Source of the DNA: Prorocentrum cordatum
Taxonomy: Eukaryota
Reading direction: 5' to 3'
DNA: 64,000 nt
Assembly (NCBI GenBank): GCA_963575745.1
Contig: CAUYUJ010000051.1
Span: 1 to 64,000, forward strand
Part shown: positions 37,307-50,817 of the stretch, piece by piece
How positions within the stretch are numbered: the first letter of the stretch is position 1
Layout: every line of letters begins with the position of its first letter
Position numbers and translations under genes: made by a program
Notes under the pieces: generated by a model
Seen by the model: only the letters and a program-made list of their open reading frames with translations
Databases searched by the model: none
What the model was told of the DNA's origin: nothing

Positions 37307-38409
37307 GCGGGCGCCTCGGACTGCCCCCCCCTTGCCCGGGCCGGCTTGCGGCGGCCGAGCGCGCGCGGCCGAGGGGTCGGCGCCGGCTCTCTATCTCTAG
37401 TCGGGTGTAGCCAGGGCCCCAGGCAAGGGGACCAGGTTAGTAGCAGGGCCTCGGAGCCCCTAAATTTACCAGACTCACTAAACCAGGTCTGCCGTGGCTG
37501 GTGTTTTTCGGGTGGCGGCAGTTCCGGTTGGTGGAACGGGGCCCAGGGGGCGCCCCCCAGCGGGGCCCAGGGGGCGCCCCCCAGTACACATCACTAAACC
37601 AGGTCCCACTAAACCCAGTTCCGCCAATGCCCGATCTAGGCCTCCTAGATGGGGTCGGAGTGGACGGGGTCGGAGGATCGCGCCACATCGCCGATGCATT
37701 GCCGATGCGGCTCGATGTGTAGCCCGAACTCCACGCTGGCGTCGTCGTGGCATCGCCGATGTCGCCGATGCGTCGGCGATGCATCGCCGATGCATCGGTG
37801 ATTCGGCGCGGTCCTCTGACCACATCTACTCGGACCCCATTTAGGAGGCCTCGAGGCTCTCCAGGAAAGAAATCACGCATAAACCAGGCGGGGCTGGGAC
37901 AGGGACTCAGTTGCGCGCTGCCGCGCACATCCGCCACCGTGCTCGGGGAAGCTGCGCAGGCAGGCCGCAGCGGTCCGCAGATGTGGCGTTCTGTGGTCTT
38001 AGCGCTGCATACGACGGAGCTGCTCCCGAGGAACGAAAACACGGATACGCCGGGCGGGGCTAGGACAGGGATACGTTTCTTTAGAGCGTTCCAGAAAGCT
38101 TTCAGAGCGTTCCGGAGCGCTCTCGAACGGCGACGGCGCCCGATGCATCTTCCAGAACCGTTGGATCTCAGAGATCCCCCTTGATGTCGGGTCCGTTTTT
38201 GTCCTTGTCCTGACTGCCTTAATACACATACGCTTTTGGATCTCTTGGCGGATTTCTTGGGTTGGCGCTGGAACCTTTCTGATGGCGCCTCCGGCGCCGC
38301 CCCTGGCGCGCTCCGCCCACCAGGGAGGGGGATCCAGCGTCGATTCAAGAAATCAGCGCGGTCCTCCGAACATTCATAATATATAGTATATTCCTGTTGC
38401 CGGAAAAGC

Positions 38410-38441
<32 letters not shown>

Positions 38442-40834
38442 CGCATTTGGCCCTCCCCCGGCCTCCGGGCAACCCTTCAGACGACCCAGGAGAACCTCAC
38501 GAGAGCTCGAAAACGGCCCCAGACGGGTTCCCGAAACGACCCCAGAGAGCCCCAATACGGTCCAGGACGACCCCCCAAGAAGCCGTCATACCCCAAAAGA
38601 TCGCTCCAAAAAGTAAATAGTCCTAAGGGGCCTCCAAGAGCACTCCCAGGAAGGCCCCAGGAAGGCCCCAAGAGGTGAATTTTGGGGTTCTCCTCTTTTC
38701 GGCTTCCTGACGCTCCAAGACAGCGGTCTTCTGGTCGTCCGAAGCCGCCTGGGAGGCTCCCAAATCGCCCTGTAACCATCCGAAAGGGCTTCCAGGCAGT
38801 TCAAGAGAGCCCCAAAACGGCACAACAGGGGTCCAAGATGGCCCTAAGAGAGCCCCATGGCGGCCCAAGATGGCCCCAAGACACCACCCGAAGCATTCTA
38901 AATCGTGACCCGGTCGTTCAGGGAGACCGCGGTTGGAGGCAGGGTGGCCCGAGGAAGTCTCCAGAGGCCCCCAGAACACGCCCAGGAGGCCTCCAGAAGG
39001 CCTTCAGAAAGCCTGAAGAACTTTTGTGAGGCCCCCAGAGGCTCTCCAAGGAGGAGCCTCCGCAAAAAGAGTTGAGGAGGATGGGGAGCATGTGAAGGGT
39101 ATGGCGAGAATGAGGAAACATAAGCATGGAGGAAAGATACCGAATAACATTATAATAACGGCGATGCCGGAAAAGGCAGCGAGGAGTTATCGCTAAATTG
39201 TCGGCTTGATTTTCCTGCCAGTTCGCCTGCATACCAAACTTCAAAGACTATTCTCTCTATCTCTCTGCATGCTCGGTCGCCGTGCTCGGAGTGTTCTCGG
39301 CTCGGTCGTTGTGCCTCTGGCGTGCGTGGGCCTTGCAGGTCTTCTGCTGGCGGTGCACGCCCGAGTCGGGTGCTCCTCTGCATCGCGTGGATGTGCGCCC
39401 AGCTTCTATGCCTGCGTGCCTGCCTGTCTGGTTGCCTTGTTCCCTGCTTGCTTGCCTGCCTCTAGAATTGCTGGGTTTAGCAGGCTGGACCCGGGGGGCA
39501 TCTCCCTGGGAATCTCCGATCTATTTGGAAGGCCTTACGACTGGTGCCGCCGACCCTGAAGGGGAACGACTACGACGACGGCGGCAGCGGCGGCGGCCAC
39601 GACGACGACGACGTTGACGCTCTGGAGCCCTTCTTGGGTCTCTTGGGAGCCTATTGGACTCTGTTGAGAGGCCTCTTGGGGGACTTCTTGGGGAGCTCCA
39701 TGGCCACTTAGAGCCGCCTCGGAGCATGTTGGCAAACATGCAGCACCCCGCAACGGCAGATAAGAGTGAGGAGAGTGCCTCCAGGGGGGGGGGGGTCGGT
39801 AGGAGGAGGGGATGGCGGTCACCTTGTCCACATGGGCGATGCGGGAGAGGGGTCCCTTGTCCACGAGGGAACCGCTCCCTTGTCCCCCTTGTCGACACGG
39901 GGGAACAGTCCTGGGGGGGAGGTCACGACCTCCAAGACCTCTCCCGGCCCCCCTCTTCCCGGGGACCCCCCCCCGGGACTCCCCCTTTGGGGACCCTCCC
40001 CCCGGGATGCCCTTCCAGGCTTCCCTGGGACCCCCCCCCGTTCCGCTCCCCTTCCCCGAGTTAACGTTTGGAAGAATCTCCGAACTATGCTTTGAACCTC
40101 CAGACTCTTCCCAGGAGTCTTCGGTGCAGCCTCCCTAGTCCAAGACCCAGTCAGCAGGACTCCAATCGAATCCACAAGACCTCAGGACTGTTAGCGATAA
40201 GTGTCTCGATTCTTGTTTCCATCCTCAATGGGAATGTGGTCTAACCTTTGATATTTCCTTGCTTTAACCTTCGACATTCTAGGGTTGCAGATGTGGGTTG
40301 GCATGAGTAAGTGTTGGAGCTTCACTGGGAGACATCATTTGGTATATTCCACGGGCGGTGAATGTGCGCAGTTTTTCCTGGACATGAGTGGATGTTGACT
40401 GAAGGTTTCTTTTCCTCGGGGGGAATACTTCTATAGGTGAGAGTTCCCCTGGCAGGTTTCTAGGAGATGCCATTTTATTTCCCACCGACGCGGAATCATA
40501 TCCAAGAGATTTCTTGATTGATTATCCAGTGTTGGATAGAATATCCAGGGATATGTACCGTGGTCGGTGACTTCGCTGGTGATCCGCATTGGGTAAGACT
40601 TAGATAGTCTTGTTTTTGTCGTGGGGGGAGATTTAGGTAGTTTTTGATGTAGCTATTTTTTTGTTGCTGGGTGTGCAATTTGGAGGTCTGAGCCAGATTG
40701 AACACAACCGCTACGTTTTTTTTTTTTTTTGAGTTTGGGAGTTTATTCTTCAGTCTCACGGGGGTCGGGTCTGTGACAATGGAGTCAGTCTAGCCCCATC
40801 TGTCTTCGTCCGAATACGCTTATGGGGCTGCTCG

Positions 40835-40924
40835 TGTGTGTGTGTGTGTGTGTGTCTCTGTTTGTCTGTACTGTGCGTGTGTGTGTTTGTGTGTGTATTT
40901 GTGTGTGTCTCTGTTTGTCTGTAC

Positions 40925-40970
<46 letters not shown>

Positions 40971-40975
40971 TGTGT
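40835..40975. repeat. (GT)n microsatellite
   Basis: Direct inspection. Confidence 0.9.
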
Positions 40976-41339
40976 GACTCTGCCTCAGTCTGCCCGTCTC
41001 CGCACCTGCCTCTACGCATGCCTCCGTGGCAGACTCTTGGCAGTCTCTGTGAACCCGCGCGCCTGCTCGCGAATCCGTTTTACTACCTGTGTGTCCGTGC
41101 GCTTCGGGTCTGTCTGTGTGTGTGTCATATCCTTGTAAAACTGTGCGCGGCCCGCTTAGCTTCGACTAGAAGAGGTGCGCTCTCGACCCGCGAATCAACA
41201 AAAAGGGTGTCATATTTTTTTTTTTCCTTCCGGCGTGTGGGCGCAGTGAACATTGCACGCGATCCGTCGTCGCCCACTGGCTGGGAGGCTTCCCCGGACC
41301 GCCGACAAAACAGCTTCTGCACAGCAGTACAGGGTACAG

Positions 41340-44300
41340 TGTGGTTGTGGATTCGGGCACCGCAGTTCAGATGATGTGACTTGGTTTGCATGATGAAGTG
41401 ACTGTTCCATTGGCTGTATGAGGCCCTTGTGGCCGGAGACGGTAGCTGCACGTTGTGGTTCCATTCGCTTGCTTACGAACCAGAAACATAACGTTTTAAT
41501 GCGGGCACAGGCTTGGCTCCACAGACGCTGGATAGCTACAGGTATCAACATTTTGTCTGACGCGTGGTACCAGCACGTCGGTGGTGAACATTGATAATAG
41601 CCAGTGCGCGGATGTTTGCGGCTGTCGATTCGGACATCGCAGTTCTGGCGGTGTGATTTGTCTTGGCTTGTATGATGAAGTAACTGTTCCCTTGGCTGTC
41701 TGAGGCCCTCGTGGCCGGAGACGATAGCTGCAGGTTGTGGTTCCATTCGCTTGCTGACGAGCTAATGTCGTCGTCAGCTCCTTGCCTTGGCCCTACGGGC
41801 GCCGGATAGCTACAGGTATCAACATTTTGTCTGACGTGTGCTAGCAGCACGTCGTTGGTGAGAATTGATAACTGCCAGTGCGCGGATGCTTTCGATTGTG
41901 GGATTGTTGATTCTGACACCGCATTCCTGGCGGTGTTACTTAGTTTGGCTTGTATGATGAAGTAACTGTTCCCTTGGCTGTCTGAGGCCCTCGTGGCCGG
42001 AGACAATAGCTGCAGGTTATGGTTCCATTCGCTTGCTGACGAGCTATACATATAGTGTCTGTGTGCGTGCACTGCCTTAGCCGTAGTGTCGTCCTCAGTT
42101 CTTTGCCTTGGCCTTACGGGTGCTGGATAGCTACAGATGTCAACACTGTTCGAACGTGTGCTACCAACACGACGGTGGATGGCATTAGTAATTGCCAGTG
42201 CGCGGATGGTTGTGCTTGTGGTTTCGGACACCCCAGCTTTGGTGGTGTGACTTCTACTTGGCTTGTATGATGAAGAACGTATCCAGTTCCAAGATAGCTT
42301 CAGGTTCTGGTTCCAATCGCTTGCTGATGAGCCATAGTGTTGTGCTTGAACTGCCTTGGCCCTACAGACGCTGGAAATCTACAGTTGCCACCATCTGTCC
42401 GACGTGTGCTGCCAGCAAACCGTTGCTGAACATTGACAACTGTCAGTGCGCGGACTCTTGCGATAGTGGATTCGGACACCGCAGTTTGGAGGTGCGACTT
42501 GACTTGGCTTGTAAGATGAAGGAGCTGTTCCCTTGGCTGTCTGAGGCCCTTGTGGCCGGAGACGATAGCTGCAGGTTGGGGTTAATTTGCTGGCCGACGA
42601 GCCATAACGTCTTCCGAAGCGCTTTGCCTTGGCTCTACAGGCGCTGGGGAACCAGTGTTAAGGCCGTTTTTTTGTTGGATTGTTGAAATTGTTTGCCAGC
42701 AGTGTCTGGTGGTTACTATTGGAAAAAGCCAGTGCGCAGATCACTGTGACTGTGGATTCGGGGACCGTCGCCTTACTTCCAATGTTGTAACGTGGCTTGC
42801 ATGATGAAGTAACTGTTCCCTTGGCTGTCTGAGGCCCTCGTGGCCGGAGACGATAGCTGCAGGTTGTGGTTCCATTCGCTTGCTGACGAGCCATAATGTC
42901 TTCGGGAGCGCACGGCTTTGGCCCAACAGGCGTTGGATAGCTACAGGTATCAGCATTTTGTCTGACGAGTGTTACCAGCACGTCGTTGGTGAGCATCGAT
43001 AACTGCCAATGCGCGGATGCTTGCGATAGTGGGTTCGGACACAGCGGTTCTGGCGGTTTGGAATGACCTGGCTTGTAAGATGAAGTAACTGTTCCCTTGG
43101 CTGTCTGAGGCCCTCGTGGCCGGAGACGATAGCTGCAGGTTGTGGTTCCATTCGCTTGCTGACGAGCCATAATGTCATTGTTAGCGCACTGCCTTGGCCC
43201 TACAGACGCTGGAAAGCTGAAGGTGTCAACACTTCTCTGAGGTGTGCTACCAGCACGTCGTTGGTGAACAATGATAACTGCCAATGCGCGGGTGCTTGCG
43301 ATAGAGGACTCGGACACCGCAGCCCATGCGGTGTGTTTTGTCTTTGCTTGCATGATGAAGTAACGTTCCCTTGGCTGTCTGAGGCCCTCGTGGCTGGAGA
43401 CGATTGCCTGCAGGTTGTGGTTCCATTCGCTGGCTGACGAGGCATAATCGCAATGTCTTTGTGCGTGCACTGTCTTAGCCGTAATGTCGTCGTTAGCTCT
43501 TTGCCTTGGTCTACAGGCGCCGGATAGCTACAGATATCAATAGTCTTCGAACATATGCTGCTGACTGCCAGTGCGCAGATGCTTGCGACTAAGGATTCGG
43601 ACACCGTATTCCTGGCGGTGTGACTGGGTTTGGCTTGTATGATGAAGTAACTGTTCCCTTGGCTGTCTGAGGCCCTCGTGGTCGGAGACGATAGCTGCAG
43701 GTTGTTGTTCCATTCGCTTGCTGACGAGCCATAATGTCTTCTGGAGCGCACTGCCTTGGCCCCACAGACGCTGGACAGCTACAGGTGTCAACACTTCTCT
43801 GAGGTGTGCTACCAACACGTCGGTAATTGCCAATGCGCGGATGTTGCTATTGTGGATTCGGGCGTTGCAGTTTGGCGGTGCGACTTGATTTGGCTTTTAC
43901 CATGAAGTGACTGTTCCCTTGGCTGTCTGAGGCCCTCGTGGCCAGAGACGATAGCTGCAGGTTGTGGTTTCATTCGCTTGCTGACGAGCCATAATGTCGT
44001 TGTTAGCGCACTTCTTTGGCCTTACAGGCGCTGGGGGGCTGACGTGTTATCAACTTGATTTTGTCTGACGTGTGCTACCAGACTTCGGTGGTCAGCAATG
44101 ACACCTGCCTGTGCGTTGGAGAGTGTGATAGTGGATTCAGGCACCGTAGTTTCGACGGTATGACTTGGCTGGCATGATGAAGTAACGGTTCCCTTGGCTG
44201 TCTGAGGCCCGTGGTTCCATTCGCTTGCTCACGAGCCACAGTGTACTTCCGTGGCCCCACACTGGTGGATGCCCAAAGGTGCCCACATTTGTCTGACGTG

Positions 44301-47300
44301 TTGTGTCGAACATCGATAGCTGCCAGTGCGCGGATGCTTGCGATATTGGATTCGGGTGCCGCAATTCTAGCGGTGTGTCTTGTCTTGGCTTGTATGATGA
44401 AGTAACTGTTCCCTTGGCTGTCTGAGGCCCTCGTGGCCGGAGACGATAGCTGCAGGTTGTGGTTCCATTCGCTTGCTGACGAGCCGTAATGTCGTTGTTA
44501 GCGCACTTCTTTGGCCTTACAGGCGCTGCAGGGTTGACGTCTTATCAACATTTTGTCTGACGTGTGCTACCAGCACGACGTTGGCGAACATTGAGAACTG
44601 CCAGTGCGCGGATGCTTGCGATAGTGGACTCGGACACCGCAGTTCTGGCGGTCTGATGTGACGTGGCTTGTATGATGAAGTAACTGTTCCCTTGGCTGTC
44701 TGAGGCCCTCGTGGCCAGAGACGATAGTTGCAGGTTGTGGTACCATTCGCTTGCTGACGAGCCGTAATGTCTTCGGGAGCGCACTGACTGCCTTGGCCCT
44801 ACAGGCGCTGGATAGCTACAGGTATCAACATTTTGTCTGACGTGTGCTACCAGCACGTCGTTGGTGAACATTGATAACTGCCAATGTGCGGATGCTTAAG
44901 ACTAACTAAGGATTCGGACACCGCATTCCTGGGTGTACTGGGTTTGGCTCGTATGATGAAGTAACTGTTCCCTTGGCTGTCTGAGGCCCTCGTGGCCGGA
45001 GACGATAGCTGCAGGTTGTGGTTCCATTCGCTTGCTGACGAGCCGTAATGTCGTCGTTAGCTGACTGCTTAGCACCTACAGACGCTGGATATTTGAAGGT
45101 CTCAGTTGTTATTGGCTTGTGCTGCCAGTGCGCCGGTGTTGAACATTGACCACTGGCAGCGCACGAATGCTTGCGATAGTGGACTCGGACACCGCATTCC
45201 TGGCGGTGTGACTTGACGCGGCTTGTATGATGAAGTAACTGTTCCCTTGGCTGTCTGAGGCCCTCGTGGCCAGAGACGATAGCTGCAGGTTGTGGTTCCA
45301 TTCGCTTGCTGACGAGCCATAATGTCTTCGGGAGTGCACTGCCTTGGCTCTACGGGCGCTGGATAGCTACAGGCATCAACATTTTGTCCGACGTGACGGT
45401 GGCGAACATTGAGAACTGCCAGTGCGCGGATGCTTGCGATAGTGGGTTCGGGCACAGCAGTTCTGGCGGTCTGATGTGACGTGGCTTGTATGATGAAGTA
45501 ACTGTTCCCTTGGCTGTCTGAGGCCCTCGTGGCCAGAGACGATAGCTGCAGGTTGTGGTTCCATTCGCTTGCTGACGAGCCGTAATGTCGTCGGGAGCGC
45601 ACTGACTGCCTTGGCCCTGCAGGCGCTGGATAGCTACAGGTATCAACATTTTGTCTGACGTGTGCTACCAGCACGACGGTGGCGAACATTGAGAACTGCC
45701 AGTGCGCGGATGCTTGCGATAGTGGACTCGGACACCGCAGTTCTGGCGGTGTGACTTGTTTTGGCTTGTATGATGAAGTAACTGTTCCCTTGGCTGTCTG
45801 AGGTCCTCGTGGCCGGAGACGATAGCTGCAGGTTGTGGTTCCATTCGCTTGCTGACGAGCCGTAATGTCGTCGTTAGCTGACTGCTTTGTACCGACAGGC
45901 GCTGGATATTTGAAGGTATTAATTGTTATTGACTTGTCCTGCCAGTACGCTGGTCGTGAAGATTGACCACTGCAAGCGCGCGAATGCTTGCGATTGTGGA
46001 TTCGAGCACCGCATTCCTGGCGGTGTGACTTGACGCGGCTTGTATGATGAAGTAACTGTTCCCTTGGCTGTCTGAGGCCCTAGTGGCCGGAGACGATAGC
46101 TGCAGGTTGTGGTTCCATTCGCTTGCTGACGAGCCATAATGTCTTCGGGAGCGCACTTCTTTGGCCTTACAGGCGCTGGGGGGCTGACGTGTTATCAACT
46201 TGATTTTGTCTGACGTGTGCTACCAGACTTCGGTGGTCAGCAATGACACCTGCCTGTGCGCTGGAGAGTGTGATAGTGGATTCAGGCACCGTAGTTTCGA
46301 CGGTATGACTTGGCTGGCATGTTCAAGTAACGGTTCCTTTGGCTGTCTGAGGCCCTCGTGGCAGGAGACGATAGCTGCAGGTTGTGGTTCCATTCGCTTG
46401 CTGACGAGCCGTAATGTCTTCGGGAGCGCACTGACTGCTTTGGCCCTACAGGCGCTGGATAGCTACAGGTATCAACATTTTGTCTGACGTGTGCTACCAG
46501 CACGTCGTTGGTGAACATTGATAACTGCCAATGCGTGGCTGCTTAAGACCAAGGATTCGGACACCGCATTCCTGGGTGTACTGGGTTTGGCACGTATGAT
46601 GAAGTAACTGTTCCCTTGGCTGTCTGAGGTCCTCGTGGCCGGAGACGATAGCTGCAGGTTGTGGTTCCATTCGCTTGCTGACGAGCCGTAATGTCGTCGT
46701 TAACTGACTGCTTTGTACCTACAGGCGCTGGATATTTGAAGGTCTCAGTTGTTATTGGCTTGTGCTGGTTGTACGCCGGTGGTGAACATTGACCACTGCC
46801 AGCGCACGAATGCTTGCGATAGTGGACTCGGACACCGCATTCCTGGCGGTGTGACTTGACGCGGCTTGTATGATGAAGTAACTGTTCCCTTGGCTGTCTG
46901 AGGCCCTCGTGGCCGGAGACGATAGCTGCAGGTTGTGGTTCCATTCGCTTGCTGACGAGCCATAATGTCTTCGGGAGCGCACTGCCTTGGCTCTACAGGC
47001 GCTGGATAGCTACAGGCATCAACATTTTGTCCGACGTGTGCTACCAGCACGACGGTGGCGAACATTGAGAACTGCCAGTGCGCGGATGCTTGCGATAGTG
47101 GGTTCGGACACAGCAGTTTTGGCGGTTTGATGTGACGTGGCTTGTATGATGAAGTAACTGTTCCCTTGGCTGTCTGAGGCCCTCGTGGCCAGAGACGATA
47201 GCTGCAGGTTGTGGTTCCATTCGCTTGCTGACGAGCCGTAATGTCGTCGGAAGCGCACTGACTGTCTTGGCCCTGCAGGCGCGGGATAGCTACAGGTATC

Positions 47301-47995
47301 AACTTTTTTCTGACGTGTGCTACGAGCACGTCGTTGGTGAACATCGATAACTGCCAATGCGCGCGCGGATGCTTGCAATAGTGGACTCGGACACCGCAGT
47401 TCTGGCGGTGTGACTTGTCTTGGCTTGTATGATGAAGTAACTGTTCCCTTGGCTGTCTGAGGTCCTCGTGGCCGGAGACGATAGCTGCAGGTTGTGGTTC
47501 CATTCGCTTGCTGACGAGCCGTAATGTCGTCGTTAACTGACTGCTTTGTACCTACAGGCGCTGGATATCTGAAGGTATCAATCGTTTCTGACTTGTGCTG
47601 CCAGTACGCCGGTGGTGAACATTGACCACTGCCAGCGCTCGAATGCTTGCGATTGTGGATTCGAGCACCGCATTCCTGGTGGTGTGACTTGACGCGGCTT
47701 ATATGATGAAGTAACTGTTCCCTTGGCTGTCTGAGGCCCTCGTGGCCGGAGACGATAGCTGCAGGTTGTGGTTCCATTCGCTTGCTGACGAGCCGTAATG
47801 CCGTCGTTAGCTGACGGCTTTGTACCTAAAGGCGCGGGATATGTGAAGGTATCAGTTGTTCTTGACTTGTGCTGCAAGTATGCCTGTTTTTGAGCATTGA
47901 TCGTTGCCAGCGCGCGAATGGTTGCGATTGCCGATTCGGGCAACGCAATTCTGGCGGTGTGATTTGTTTTGGTTTGTATGATGAAGTAACTGTTC
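41340..47995 (+). ncRNA. Tandem array (about 25 units of ~274 bp) of box C/D snoRNA-like genes with an LSU rRNA guide (SNORD53-like)
   Basis: Intact units read GGCTTG-T-ATGATGA ... GTTCCCTTGGCTGT-CTGA ... CTGA-CGAGCC; the guide is complementary to LSU rRNA ACAGCCAAGGGAAC; some units are degenerate. Confidence 0.8.
44387..44485 (+). ncRNA. Representative intact box C/D snoRNA unit (99 nt)
   Basis: Stem 44387-44392/44480-44485, box C 44394-44400, guide 44408-44421, box D' 44422-44425, GGCC/GGCC hairpin, box D 44476-44479. Confidence 0.82.
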
Positions 47996-48166
47996 GAGAG
48001 TGTTTCTTTATTGCTTGGGGCATGACTAGCGCCATGGTCCCTGGCCCCCCCCGACGTAACGCTTCCCCCCCAGTGCGCTCCGGGCACTGCCGCCGTGCGC
48101 AGCGGGATCCAGATAGGTGTCCGCATAGGAATTCGGATAGGAGTCTGGTCCGCAGTCGTCGTCATT

Positions 48167-48207
<41 letters not shown>

Positions 48208-49742
48208 TCGTCGCTCGTCGCTCGTCGCTCATCGCCGTCGTTCGCGCGGACCCGGCTGGAGCCTTTTCTGTTCGGGCCGATGATTGCAATCATCTGCGGG
48301 GGGTGGGGGTGGATGGGGGCTGATGACGTCAGGTTTCGCGCCGGCGGCTTGTGGGAATGCGTGGGACTGACCGTGGATGGGTAGCAGCAACATATAGGTG
48401 GTGATCTGCACCACAGCGCCTGTATACCACAGTACTTGCTTGCGTGCACCACAGGGCTTGTGTACACCACACCGCCCATGTACACCACAACAACCGCGTG
48501 CAACACAGCGCCAGTGTGTGCCAGAGTGCTTGCGGACACCACTGCGTACATCACACCAGCCGTGTGCAACACAGCAACAGTGTACGCCACAATGCGTGCG
48601 TGCACTACAGCGCCTGTGTACACCACGGTGCCTGTGTGCACCACAGCAACCGTGTGCAACAGAGTACCACTGTTGCATGTATAATTTTAGAAGGAATCTC
48701 TCTGACAGAATGGAACGCCTGTGCGTTCCACAGAAACAATTGTGTTTTATAGGGTTTGGAACGGATTCTTTATGAACAACGGAGCACCGCTGGAATCTAT
48801 GAGTCCTCCCGAGTCCGCCCGCATCATCTTCACTCCTCCCATCTGCGTCCAGGAGGCTCCAGCTAAATTGGCCGTCCTGAACCCACTTGGAGTGATTCAA
48901 TCGACCATTCTGCGGTGCACGCTGAGATGCGCACGTGCGCTGTAGCGCCGACCCGCACGACAGGGGGGAATGAGGGAGGAGGAGAAAGAAAAGGAGAAGG
49001 AGAAGGAGAAGGAAAAGGATAAGGAAAAAGAGGAGGAGGAAGAGGAGGACGAGGAGGAGAAAGAAGAGGAGGAGGACGAGGAAGAGGAGGAGGAGGAGAA
49101 AGAAAAGGTGGCGGAGGAGGGAGGAGGGAAGAACGTCGCATTCCATTATCAACCCTTCCCTGGCGTGGCGTTCTAGCTGTCCGCAGCAGATCCTCACCTA
49201 CGTGCTCTTTCTACCTATCCTGTGCACGCAGGTGCTGCGTTGTACACCAGCGCTGCGTTGCACGCGGATGCTGTGGTGTACACAGGCGCTCTGGTATGCA
49301 AATGCGTTGCGATGCACGCAAGCACTGTGGTGTACACATCCGCTGTACTGTGTTGCACATGGTTGCTGCGGTGTACACATTCGCTGTGGTGTACACCGGC
49401 GCTGTGGTGCATGCAAGCATTGTGGTGTATTCAGGCGCTGCGTTGCACACAACTGTTGCGGTGTACGCAGGCGCTGTGGTGTACACGCGGCTGCTGTGGT
49501 GCACGCGAGCATTGTAGAGAACACAGGTGCTGTGGGGCAGATCGCCACATACATGCTGCTCGCGTCGTCGTGGTCGTCGTCGTCGTCGTGGTCGTCGTCG
49601 TCGTCGTCGCTCGTCGTTCGTCGCTCATCGTTGTCGTGCGCGCGGGCGCGGCTGTGTGGCCGGAGCCACGCGGCGGGGCGGGCGTTACAGAATACCCCCC
49701 CCCCATGACGCCCGTCATCGCCGAAAATAAAGAAACGCTTTC
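47996..49742. mobile_element. 1.75-kb non-autonomous TIR element inserted into a snoRNA unit, TSD TTC
   Basis: TIRs GAGAGTGTTTCTTTATT...ATGAC / GTCAT...AATAAAGAAACGCTTTC; the snoRNA guide is split at ACTGTTC|...|TTCCTTTGGCTG. Confidence 0.8.
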
Positions 49743-50817
49743 TTCCTTTGGCTGTCTGAGGCCCTAATGGCTGGAGACGATAGCTGCAGGTTGTGGTTCC
49801 ATTCGCTTGCTGACGAGCCGTAATTTCGTTCTTAGCTCCCTGCTTCGTACCTGCAGGCGTGTGGTATTTGAAGGTACCAATTGCTTTTGACCGGCACTGC
49901 CAGTACGCTGGTGTTGAACACTGACCATTGCCAGCGCGCGAATGCTTGAGATTGTAGATTCGGGCACCGCAGTTCTGGCGGTGTGACCTGATTTGGCTTG
50001 TATGATGAAGTAACTGTTCCCTTGGCTGTCTGAGGCCCTCGTGGCTGGAGACGATAGCTGCAGGTTGTGGTTCCATTCGCTTGCTGACGAGCCGTAATGT
50101 CGTCGTTAGCTCCCTGCTTAGTACCTACAGACGCTTGATATTCGAAGGCCTCAGTTGTTATTGGCTTGTGCTGCCGGTGCGCTGGTGGTGAACACTGACC
50201 ACTGCCAGCGTGCGAATGCTTGCGATTGCAGATTCGGGCACCGCAGTTCTGGCGGGGTGACTTAACATGGCTTGTATGATGAAGTAACTGTTCCCTTGGC
50301 TGTCTGAGGCCCTCGTGGCCAGAGACGATAGCTGCAGGTTGTGGTTCCATTCGCTTGCTGACGAGCCGTGATGTCTTTGTGTCTGCGCAAGATTCCTACA
50401 GGTACCAAACATGTGTCTGACGTGTGCTGCCAGTACGTCGGTTGTCAACATTGCTTGGTCAACAGCCAGTCCGCGGACGCTTGCGATTGTGGATTCGGGT
50501 GTCGCAGTTTTGGCGGTGTGGCTTGACGTTGCCTGTATCATGAAGTAGCTGTTCCCTTGGCTGTCTGAAGCCCTCGTGGCAGGAGACGACAGCTGCAGGT
50601 CGTGGTTCCATTCGCTTGCTGACGTGCCGCCCTCATATCGTGAGCTCTTTGCCCTGGCCTTACAGGCTCTGCGGAGCGACAGAGATAATTGTGTCTTTGC
50701 GGACGTGTACAACTTGAGTTTAGTGGTGAACATGGGATCATTGCCAGTGCGCAGGTGCGAGTGATTTTGGATTCGGGCATCACAGTTTCGACGGTTTGAC
50801 GTGGCCTGTACGATGAC
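49743..50817 (+). ncRNA. Continuation of the snoRNA array (cores near 49995, 50269 and 50530, plus partial units)
   Basis: Same core and spacer family. Confidence 0.75.

Noticed and set aside
41180..41200. Candidate exon LSTR...
   Set aside because: No AG acceptor directly upstream; 37275-37306 fits phase and sequence much better
44418..44446. Hammerhead ribozyme resemblance (CTGTCTGA-GGCC-loop-GGCC-GGAGAC)
   Set aside because: Lacks the invariant CUGANGA and GAAA core and stems I/III; box D'/C' of a snoRNA explains it better
41545..47777. Repeated minus-strand ORFs (MEPQPAAIVSGHEG..., ARQQANGTTTCSY...) as a repeat protein
   Set aside because: The unit length (~274 bp) is not a multiple of 3, frames rotate between units, and stops are frequent
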